Virus record (IMG/VR): IMGVR_UViG_3300047472_000309
Location: 1-64,000 of that record
Length of the DNA: 64,000 nucleotides
Direction: 5' to 3' (one strand)
In this document: positions 56,901 through 64,000 of the stretch, in pieces
How positions within the stretch are numbered: position 1 is the first letter of the stretch
How the letters are laid out: each line of letters opens with the position of its first letter
The notes under the pieces: generated by a model
The model's input: only the letters and a program-made list of their open reading frames with translations
Told to the model about the DNA's origin: nothing
Database searches by the model: none
Program-made: the position numbers and the translations under genes

Positions 56901-59900
56901 CAAGACCTGGCGAGATATTCAAGGCGCAGTGGCCGATGCCTCAGGCATTGTCATGACCGAGGAGCAAGCGTCGACCGCCTATGTGCGAGAAGGGCTCGCT
57001 AAGAAGGCCCTAAGGGGGCTGGGTGCCGGTGTCAAGGTCGCCAGCAAGCTCGGTAGCTTCCTCGGTGGCAACCTCTTGGGTGGCCCTCTGGCGGGCTACA
57101 AAGCGATCGCTAAACTCGGTGAGCTGGCCATCAAAGGCGCGCTGGGTTATGCCAATGGTCCGCAAGATGTGTACGTATTCGACAAGGATCATCCGAAGCG
57201 ACTGCGTAAGGCTCTGGACGCGAAGACCATGCGCGCAGGTGGCTATCACTCGGCAGTCAATGACAAAGCCATCAAGAGTCCGAAAGACATTGATGGCGAA
57301 GTCTACAACTACAAGGGTGTTACGGTACTCGACGAAGAGGAATTCAAGCGCGGTCTCTATGACAAGAACGGCAACCCGCTCAAACACGGGGTGGCACGAC
57401 TTCTGTCAGGCGCCACGAAGATTCTCGGCGGTGGGTTCGGCGCGCTTAAGTGGTTGGCTGGGGGTGTGAACCAAGGTATCGGTCATGCGTTCGGCCTGGG
57501 CAAGGGCATGTTCAGTGGACTGGGTTCCCTCTTTGGCAAGACGGGGATTTTCTTTGGTGGTGGCAAGAAGTTGATGTCCGCTGTGGAAGAGATTCGTGAC
57601 TTGCTCAAGGACCGGCTACCTGAACGGCACAGAATCCGCAAGGGTTCGATCGAGGACCAGCACAAGTCGCGTAAGGAACAGCTCGAAGAGGAATGGAAGA
57701 AGCACCTGGGTCAGAACGGCCAAGGTGATGACAGCCAGAAGAAGGGCGGTATTCTCAGCCTGCTCAGTGGTCTGTTCAAGCGCAAGAAAAAGAAGGACGA
57801 TGACGAAGACGACTCCAAGGGTGGTCTGGTTGATGGGGTCGAGTCCGCAGTCGAACAAACGATTGCTGATAAGATCCTCGGCAAGATTCCTGGAGGCAAG
57901 CTCCTGCGCAAGATTCCGGGCCTAGGACGACTCTTCGGTAAGGGCGGCGCGGGTGCAGCAGCCGGTGCCGCTGAAAACATCGTGGGCGGCGCGGCTAAGC
58001 AGGGTCTCGGTACCCGCATCATGGGCGGTCTGAAGTGGGGCAAAGGCCTGGGTGCCGGTATGGCGCTCACGGGTGCCTCGGCGCTGGCCAATGCCACGGG
58101 CCACGATACCATTGGAAAGGGGTTGGGTTATGCAGGTGATGCTGCGACTGGGTGGTCTCTTGCTTCTGGGGCTGCTGGTCTACTCGGTGTTGAAGGTGGA
58201 GCATTGGGCCTTGCAGGCGCTGCAGGCGGGACACTCCTTACTGGACTTGGGGCGGTGCTTGCTTCGCCTGTGCTCTTGCCTGCTCTCGGTATTGCGGCTG
58301 CTGGGGCTGCAGTGTACAGCGGCTATCGGCTCCTGACCCGTAACAAGCTCGATGCGCTCTCAAAGATCCGTTACGCTCAGTATGGTTGGAAGCCCGAGGA
58401 CGACGGCAATGTGCACAAGGTGTTTGCGTTGGAAAACGCACTGATGCCGGGTGTCACGTACGTCGGTGGTCAGGCGCAGATTGATCCCAAGAAGGTGGAC
58501 ATTAAGAGCGCAGTCGAAGGCCTGGGTGTCGATCTGAAGGATAAGGATCAGGTGCAGAACTTTGCCACCTGGTACGTGCGTCGCTTTAAGCCGGTCTTTA
58601 TCACCCACCTGACCATCTTGAATAACATCAAGAAGGGTACGGCGTTGTCGGATGCCAACGACAAGCTGTCCTCAGCGGAGAAGAAGACTTTCCTGCAAGG
58701 GATTCGCATGCCTGCCGACCCGTATAACTCGATGGTCTCGCCGATTCCGGGCGAGAAGCAATTGAGTGCAGGGGCTGACGACGTGAAGGCCGTGATGGAC
58801 GAGGTGCAAGCCGCCAACGATAAGGAGGTCGAGAAAGATAAGGACAAGAAGACCAACGACAAGGCGGACAAAGCCAAGGACGAGGCTAAGCACGACGCAG
58901 CGACGAAGGGCGATAACAAGCCTGAGCCGAGCTGGATGGATAATCTTAAGTCAGGGATCAGTAACGCCTGGGATAAGACCAAACAGTTTGCAGGCAATGC
59001 GTGGGACGCGACGAAGAGTGCTGCCAGCTCAGTAGGTTCGGCGGCGTCGAGTCTCATCTCGGGTGCAGGCGATGCCCTGAAGTCCGGCTACCAAGCGGCG
59101 AAGGGAGCAGCGGGTAAGATTGGTGCCACCCTCACGGCTTCGGCCTCGGCTATTAAGGGTGCGTTGATTGCGGCGATGAAAACCGCAGGCATGAGTGACC
59201 CGACCGAGCAAGCGATGTTCATGGCACAGATGGACCACGAGAGTGGCGGCTTTAAGTCCCTCTCGGAAAATCTGAACTATCGACCCTCGGTGCTCGCGAG
59301 TCTCTTTAAGTCGCACTTTAATGGCGAGGGGGATGCCGCTAATGTGGCTGCGGCCGGTCCGCAAGCGATTGCGAATCGGATCTACGGTGGTCGCATGGGG
59401 AACACGGGGCCTGATGATGGCTGGAACTATCGGGGTCGCGGGGTCGTCCAGTTGACGGGTAAAGCCAACTACGCCAAGTACGGCAAGATGACTGGTCTGG
59501 ATCTGGTGAACAATCCGGATCTCGCCTCTGACCCGGCCAATGCCGCTAAGATTGCGCTGGCGTACTGGAAGGATCGAGTGTCTTCAGCGGCTGCGAAAGC
59601 AGGCGATGTGCTCTCGGTCACCAAGGCGATCAACGGTGGCACGAACGGCCTGAGCGATCGGCAGGCGAAGTTCCAGGCTTACCTCGGTCAGGCGCAGCAA
59701 GGCCAGTTGGGTGGCAAACCGGACCCGAATGCCAAGGCAGGGGAGGCGGGTACCCAAGTCGCCTCGACCGGTGGTGCTCCGGCCACGGGTAGTGCAGGTG
59801 GTGCGGGCGCAGCGGGTGCGACAGGCGCAGCAGCAGGCGGGATCATCAAGGTCGCGGATCAGACTCCTGGTCCGGCTCCGGCACTGAAGTCAACCCCGGC

Positions 59901-60282
59901 AACTGCTCCGGATGCAGCGCCGGTGGATAATGGTGCGAGCGCAGCAGTTAGCGCCCTGCCTGACTCCATCAATAGCCAAACCGCGGCAGCCATGGGGGGC
60001 TTCCAGAATCGCAGTAAGGATCTGGCAGCCCAAAGCCAAGCCCAGTCGCAAGATCTGGCCAAAACACTCGGCCCGGTCTCTGATGTGCTCAAGCAATCGC
60101 TCGATGTCCAAAAGCAGATGCTGACGGCGTTGCAACAACTCGTGGGTTTTGCCGGTAAGCAAGGGAGCAATTCTCAAGCGAACGCGAAGACTCCGACGGG
60201 GACACTCTCGCCTGATGCTATGCAAAGGAAGACACCGCAGCCGATGACGTCTGCTCCGGTTTCCATGTCCAAAGTGGCTTAA
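53968..60282 (+). CDS. Tail-associated lysozyme / tape-measure-like protein (phiKZ gp181-like) with GH19 domain
   Basis: About 2100 aa; G/A-rich hydrophobic segments; two DVY...G.Y...DI.G repeats; FMAQMDHESG, YRGRG..QLTG..NY and INGG.NG GH19 motifs. Confidence 0.9.
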   Translation: MAKQQKFTLNDFQFDKNLDVPDFDFDLKPPKDNRKPVTKVAAGLKEGISLSAKNSEFIKGVIEKALPRGYGSAYDLAEKSFGSIKSLYDDTTKEIRPFMNDLKRTTARLLPKVEQAMPDKLKKQVKDWTETADAKPGSSNYDPREAEISAMLAGFAQVQSELQYKQTTESDTKDRLREGLEQVRHRDKLKQMDSLRVGIAQLVDYQSNVTANYHRKSLELQYRHYFVAVDALEETKRSNAEMRLLLQSVVHNTALPEQAKLKASDTFKDMAKQQAMKLIGGTILGRGQEFLNNLTGNLKKNALRTVKGGLGHGRSGMDMLNGVLDADDMARAMGMQTDPYHAGGMVAGAFGTGIIGQWLAKKMAPHLQKMPGVKKFGNKLQYGVENVPQMLGEWARSNKHENGGITDGLVRFLKMNVRSSQKMQTGLQKDTVEGMGEPSYFSRQSAKSLNEIIPGYLARILRELQVTRTGDPNVEMTHYDYTKNKFDTQSNVRTNAFKSLVKDNERKWTTESIDSLIDEVTTKTGKTLTPEQKKILGSQLLRNNVKGRLGGEEVLGNRRRYDGDAAPHADAFADLFKTYFRNDHDNERKHSFANAYNAFGQYASASREKVQHFSNLGMNDFLNEAGLLNDDEDGVKLEQFFDYYYGKDFNPAAGSTANGFRPAQAGAAAAAVGPRRRRRRGNAGSIGRANRGGVHQALSQLAAGPVPSFATPGLITPSFVPTTANAGAYSPQPNAAVGTPKYRQQLANYLQKLGVPVQQVNALVEQTVSAMGATAHGAVQGAAGLQAAGTQRAGGFFSNARDHAREFANRTASGARALHENAKNHIETLLEKLSEGVGSISDGIKAIQERFAEALPVMVVGNAADGSIPTGAAGTGRKVRWWNKSIKDGVKSLASGAWGGMKSAGKLGNWLVGSSFGGLFGTAKAVGGMATGLAGKVIDKARGFKDVYSEETGPRKVLLYAARLKAGEYFDVKTGKPVKTWRDIQGAVADASGIVMTEEQASTAYVREGLAKKALRGLGAGVKVASKLGSFLGGNLLGGPLAGYKAIAKLGELAIKGALGYANGPQDVYVFDKDHPKRLRKALDAKTMRAGGYHSAVNDKAIKSPKDIDGEVYNYKGVTVLDEEEFKRGLYDKNGNPLKHGVARLLSGATKILGGGFGALKWLAGGVNQGIGHAFGLGKGMFSGLGSLFGKTGIFFGGGKKLMSAVEEIRDLLKDRLPERHRIRKGSIEDQHKSRKEQLEEEWKKHLGQNGQGDDSQKKGGILSLLSGLFKRKKKKDDDEDDSKGGLVDGVESAVEQTIADKILGKIPGGKLLRKIPGLGRLFGKGGAGAAAGAAENIVGGAAKQGLGTRIMGGLKWGKGLGAGMALTGASALANATGHDTIGKGLGYAGDAATGWSLASGAAGLLGVEGGALGLAGAAGGTLLTGLGAVLASPVLLPALGIAAAGAAVYSGYRLLTRNKLDALSKIRYAQYGWKPEDDGNVHKVFALENALMPGVTYVGGQAQIDPKKVDIKSAVEGLGVDLKDKDQVQNFATWYVRRFKPVFITHLTILNNIKKGTALSDANDKLSSAEKKTFLQGIRMPADPYNSMVSPIPGEKQLSAGADDVKAVMDEVQAANDKEVEKDKDKKTNDKADKAKDEAKHDAATKGDNKPEPSWMDNLKSGISNAWDKTKQFAGNAWDATKSAASSVGSAASSLISGAGDALKSGYQAAKGAAGKIGATLTASASAIKGALIAAMKTAGMSDPTEQAMFMAQMDHESGGFKSLSENLNYRPSVLASLFKSHFNGEGDAANVAAAGPQAIANRIYGGRMGNTGPDDGWNYRGRGVVQLTGKANYAKYGKMTGLDLVNNPDLASDPANAAKIALAYWKDRVSSAAAKAGDVLSVTKAINGGTNGLSDRQAKFQAYLGQAQQGQLGGKPDPNAKAGEAGTQVASTGGAPATGSAGGAGAAGATGAAAGGIIKVADQTPGPAPALKSTPATAPDAAPVDNGASAAVSALPDSINSQTAAAMGGFQNRSKDLAAQSQAQSQDLAKTLGPVSDVLKQSLDVQKQMLTALQQLVGFAGKQGSNSQANAKTPTGTLSPDAMQRKTPQPMTSAPVSMSKVA

Positions 60283-60285
60283 CAC

Positions 60286-60314
60286 GAGGGGAGCTTCGGC
60301 TCCCCTCTTTATTT
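60286..60314 (+). terminator. Intrinsic terminator
   Basis: GAGGGGAGC-TTCG-GCTCCCCTC-TTTATTT. Confidence 0.85.
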
Positions 60315-60327
60315 CGTAGGAGCAGCC

Positions 60328-62439
60328 GTGGCTTCAACAGTCTCGCTGAATAATCTTGAAAAAGACGCCTCGTGGGTACGGCAGTCTTTTCTGGTGAACC
60401 TGTCGCACCTGCAACCGGTGGATCAGCAAAACCGGATCTTCACGCCGGTGAGTCTGGACTTTCAGGACACCCGCCCAGGCGGGAGTTTGTGTATCAACCC
60501 GCCCCCGCAGTTTACCCGCAACGCGGATCTGAAACCCCGCGCGCCCAACGGGAGCTGGAACCCCAACCAGGTCAATCGGGCCGGGAATACTGGTTATGGT
60601 CGCTATTACGGGGAAGCCATCGCCGCGAACTCGCAGATCATCAATATCCGTTGTGGTCTGCCCTCGTTCAATTCGTTGACGACCTTCTTCACGGGCTTCT
60701 ATAACACCAGCGCAGGTACCCTGGCACGCACCGGACGAGCACCCTCAGCGTTTTATGAGCTGGGCCGCGCCGCAGGCTTTGTAGTCTCGATCCTGTCGTG
60801 GAAGTTGCTGGCCGTGACGCTCCTGGGTAATGCAGCACGCTTCTTCTTGCAAAAGCCCTCGAGCAAGTTCTACTACTCGAAGCCTGCCATGCCACTTTAC
60901 TGGAACGCGGTGCAAACCATCGTCAACCAGATTGCGGTGAACATGGGGATTGTGCCACGGATTGGCGGCACCTCGCTTGCCCAACAACTGGGGGAAGGCT
61001 ATCAGTTCGATGCTAAAGCACAAACGCAGCTGCATCAGCTCTTGCCCGACATCATCAACGAAGGCGGTTCGATCAACGTCTACGCGATGGCCAACCGGGC
61101 GCAGCGCCTGGCGACCCTGCATCAGAACAACCTGAAGCAGGCGTTTAATGCCGATAACCTCGATCTAACGAGCGCGGTGCAGAAGGCCTATAGCCAGTCC
61201 TTGAAAGATAACGGTGGCACGGGTTGGAGTGATTACCTGAAGAAGTGGCTGGGTTCGTCTCAGGCCGTTCCGCAAGCCGCCGGGGGTGGGGGTGAGAGTT
61301 CGACCACGGAGTCGCTCAATAACGACGACAATGGCACGACCGCTCCGAATCAGGCTTACGATGCAGGCTTCTTCGAATTCCTTGGCTCAGAGATCAATGA
61401 CGGCTCGGCCTTTGTGGGCTTTCGGGTCAATGCAACTGGTCCAGTGGGTGAGTCGTTTTCCAGTCAGGCGCAGGAATCGGAAATCGCGCAGAAGATCAAT
61501 AGCATCTCCTCGCAGGCCCGCTCGGCTGAGTTTGATCTGGCCAATGGTAACCTGGGGGGTGGGGCGATCGGCGGCATGATCACCAGCGCCTTCGGTGCGG
61601 TGGGCAATTTCATCAAAGGCGGGCTGGACTCCTTGCATTTGTCGGGTCTGGCCGCTCTGGGCGGTGCAGCGTTTGTGGACATCCCGCGTTCCTGGCAGTC
61701 GTCCGCCGCGTCCTTGCCCCGTATGAGCTACACCATCAACTTGGTGAGCCCGTATGGCAATCGCGTCTCGCAGCTGCTTAATCTCTACGTGCCGCTGGCG
61801 ATGCTGCTCGCCATGACCTTGCCGATTGCAACCGGTAAGCAGTCCTACACCAGTCCGTTCCTGTGTGAGATCTTTGACCGGGGTCGTTGCCAGTCGCGTT
61901 TGTCCATGGTGGAGAGCTTGTCAATTACCCGCGGTACGGGCAACACAGGCTTTAACAACAAGGGCCACGCGATGGGCATTGAAGTGAGCATTACGTTCAT
62001 GGACATGTCCACGGTGCTCGCGATGCCGATCAGTCAGGGCTTCTCCTCCAATGCCATGGCAGCAGGCAGTGAGATTGGCGCCGTCGCAGGTGGGGTGGTG
62101 GGTGCAGGCGGGGGTCCGCTGACGGCGATCGGGGGTGCAGCACTCGGCGGGGCAGTCGGCGGCGCACTCGGTGCGGGTGCCGATGCCTTGAACAATGCCG
62201 CGCAAACCATCGGCTCGATGTTCGACGATGACAATACCTTCACGGATTACATGGCGGTGTTGTCAGGCATGGGTCTTACGGACCAGATCTACTCGATGAA
62301 CAAGTTCAAGCTTAACTTGACTCGCGCCATGACGAGCTGGAAGACCTGGTATAGCACGGCGCATTTTGCCAGCTTTGCCGGAGATACCTTGCCGGGCAGT
62401 TTAGTTTCCGCGATCTTTGGTCGCACCGTCCGTAACTAA
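60328..62439 (+). CDS. Baseplate / tail-tip structural protein (phiKZ gp182-like)
   Basis: 703 aa; NPPPQFT..AD, SPYGN and SYTSPF motifs; follows the gp181-like gene. Confidence 0.8.
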   Translation: MASTVSLNNLEKDASWVRQSFLVNLSHLQPVDQQNRIFTPVSLDFQDTRPGGSLCINPPPQFTRNADLKPRAPNGSWNPNQVNRAGNTGYGRYYGEAIAANSQIINIRCGLPSFNSLTTFFTGFYNTSAGTLARTGRAPSAFYELGRAAGFVVSILSWKLLAVTLLGNAARFFLQKPSSKFYYSKPAMPLYWNAVQTIVNQIAVNMGIVPRIGGTSLAQQLGEGYQFDAKAQTQLHQLLPDIINEGGSINVYAMANRAQRLATLHQNNLKQAFNADNLDLTSAVQKAYSQSLKDNGGTGWSDYLKKWLGSSQAVPQAAGGGGESSTTESLNNDDNGTTAPNQAYDAGFFEFLGSEINDGSAFVGFRVNATGPVGESFSSQAQESEIAQKINSISSQARSAEFDLANGNLGGGAIGGMITSAFGAVGNFIKGGLDSLHLSGLAALGGAAFVDIPRSWQSSAASLPRMSYTINLVSPYGNRVSQLLNLYVPLAMLLAMTLPIATGKQSYTSPFLCEIFDRGRCQSRLSMVESLSITRGTGNTGFNNKGHAMGIEVSITFMDMSTVLAMPISQGFSSNAMAAGSEIGAVAGGVVGAGGGPLTAIGGAALGGAVGGALGAGADALNNAAQTIGSMFDDDNTFTDYMAVLSGMGLTDQIYSMNKFKLNLTRAMTSWKTWYSTAHFASFAGDTLPGSLVSAIFGRTVRN

Positions 62440-62443
62440 TCGA

Positions 62444-62481
62444 CGGCATAGAGGCCAGGGGAAACCCTGGCCCTTATGACG
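62444..62481. repeat. CGGCATA-hairpin-TATGACG palindrome
   Basis: CGGCATAGAGGCCAGGGGAAACCCTGGCCCTTATGACG between convergent genes. Confidence 0.8.
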
Positions 62482-62500
62482 TTGAAATAGACGATGAAGC

Positions 62501-64000
62501 TTAGTCGAACGTAATGCTCTTAGCCACGTAGCCTTGGCCGGTATCCTTGTTCGTGTAGACCCCACCAATCTGCCAGTGACCGTCGGGCCAGATGTAGTAG
62601 CCGTTCTGGTTCTTGACACCCGGATCGCTCAGGTCATAAGCCTGACCGGTATCCGGATTGATCGTCTTCGGGTCCGGAGCCGGGTTGACCGTTTGTCCCG
62701 TATTGGGCGAAACATTCGAGTAGCCGGTCGGCACTGTGATCGGTTGAGCCCCCGAAGCCAGTGCCAAGGGGTCTTGTGTGGAGGCCGACTGACTGTTGCC
62801 CTCAAACACCGTCATCGGAAACTGCGAGGCCAGTTTGTCCGCCACGGTGGATTGCTGCACCACCCCTGCCAAAGCCATCACGTTGTTGGTGCGATCCGTG
62901 GTGCTCGTCACGCCCTGCTGAATCACCTTCTTAAAATCATCCGAGCCATTGGTGATCGCATTCAGATTAAATGCCGGATCGTTTTGTGTCACGTCATTAC
63001 CGTCGGCATCGGTAATGGTGGTTTCCCGATTCAGCGTGGCCCAGTCTGGATCAACGCTACTGTACGCACTGGTCAGATTGCTAAAACAGTCCGCATAATC
63101 CACCTGGTTCGTATTGGACGAGGGTGGCGGCAAATAGTACGACGAACTGAAGTCCGCCAGGATGTTCGGGTTATAGGCGTAGGCGCCACGCGCCCCCAGG
63201 CTCGCACCAATTGACATTAGGCTGTGCACATCACCACTGGCAATCACTGAAGGCAATACCCTGGCCGTAATCTGCGCGAGCATGCCGCGATCCGTAATGG
63301 CTGCTGTGAGCGAGCCGAACGAATTCGGAATCCCGTAGCCGCACGAGGTTTGAATCAGGCCCGCATACAGACCGACCTTCACCCCAACGTCGTTGATATT
63401 GAAGTTCGCACTGATACCCAGCGAGTTAATACATTCCCCGAGCGCCTGCATGCCGCCCGCGTACGCCTGGTCCACTTGCTGCATCACCCCGCCTAGCTCA
63501 GCGTAGATCTGACTACCTACCTGACCCACGGCCTGGCCTACTGCGCCCTCGGCTGCACCAATTCCGGCATTGATGGAACTGGCGATATTGTCTAGTCCTG
63601 CTAGACCGAGCGCATTGAGCGCCCCTTTGGTGACGAGCGACGCCCCGAGGATGCGCGCCATGATGTCACCCTTTTGCAGCATGGTGACACCGCGCTGAAT
63701 CTGACCCGCTACGCGCAAGCCAGCGCGCAAGCCTGCCATCACCGCCCCGGCTTCCTGGGCGATAAACTTCCCCCCGCGCAAGACGTCGGAGATGGAGAAG
63801 TCAAACTTCTGAAACAGATTCTGGACGTCCGTGATGATGGCATTGCCACCAGGGGGATTGTAGACGTCCGCGGTAGCCAGCGCGTTATCCGCTGAGCCGA
63901 CCCAGGCATTTTGCGCCAGCGCGGCTTGCTGCGCAGACATTGCACCATTGACACCCGTCAGTGCCGTGCTGGTGCTCGCGGCCACAGCGTTAGTAGCGCT
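62501..64000 (-). CDS. Putative virion structural protein (5' end probably outside the window)
   Basis: The frame stays open upstream of the track's GTG 63985 to the window edge; G/A/S-rich. Confidence 0.7.
   Translation of the reverse strand, partial: SATNAVAASTSTALTGVNGAMSAQQAALAQNAWVGSADNALATADVYNPPGGNAIITDVQNLFQKFDFSISDVLRGGKFIAQEAGAVMAGLRAGLRVAGQIQRGVTMLQKGDIMARILGASLVTKGALNALGLAGLDNIASSINAGIGAAEGAVGQAVGQVGSQIYAELGGVMQQVDQAYAGGMQALGECINSLGISANFNINDVGVKVGLYAGLIQTSCGYGIPNSFGSLTAAITDRGMLAQITARVLPSVIASGDVHSLMSIGASLGARGAYAYNPNILADFSSSYYLPPPSSNTNQVDYADCFSNLTSAYSSVDPDWATLNRETTITDADGNDVTQNDPAFNLNAITNGSDDFKKVIQQGVTSTTDRTNNVMALAGVVQQSTVADKLASQFPMTVFEGNSQSASTQDPLALASGAQPITVPTGYSNVSPNTGQTVNPAPDPKTINPDTGQAYDLSDPGVKNQNGYYIWPDGHWQIGGVYTNKDTGQGYVAKSITFD

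Noticed and set aside
1-64000. CRISPR array, tRNA or rRNA genes, IS elements
   Set aside because: No regularly spaced direct repeats, cloverleafs or transposases were recognised by eye; tRNAscan and CRISPR finders were not run

Overview
A 64-kb segment of a nucleus-forming, phiKZ-like jumbo phage (Chimalliviridae-type). A betaproteobacterial host such as Ralstonia or Burkholderia is only a guess from the GC-rich codon style. Core genes recognisable from motifs and phiKZ-like gene order are chimallin, the non-virion RNAP beta' subunit (NADFDGD), the family B DNA polymerase catalytic half, PhuZ tubulin, terminase, tail sheath and tube, prohead protease, two virion RNAP subunits, and a 2100-aa tail lysozyme/tape-measure protein with a GH19 domain. 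phiKZ gp numbers are assigned from recalled synteny and size, not from a search. Five TATATTAC/TATATTCT early promoters and about 14 dispersed CGGCATA/TATG(C/A)CG elements, mostly hairpin-flanking, are visible. The most interesting accessory signals are: (1) a standalone CapW/BrxR-type winged-helix protein with no WYL sensor, a candidate uninducible repressor of host defence operons; (2) a small protein starting with 16 residues identical to the EF-Tu N-terminus, inside an operon of basic proteins ending in R-x-W-W; (3) a roughly 450-nt GGA-loop-rich structured RNA beside the DNA polymerase gene, and a second structured RNA downstream of phuZ; (4) a GIY-YIG homing endonuclease that split a DUF488-like gene and supplies a replacement 5' end; (5) a terminase that appears to start at a non-canonical ATT codon; (6) a tandem array of seven diverged paralogues.
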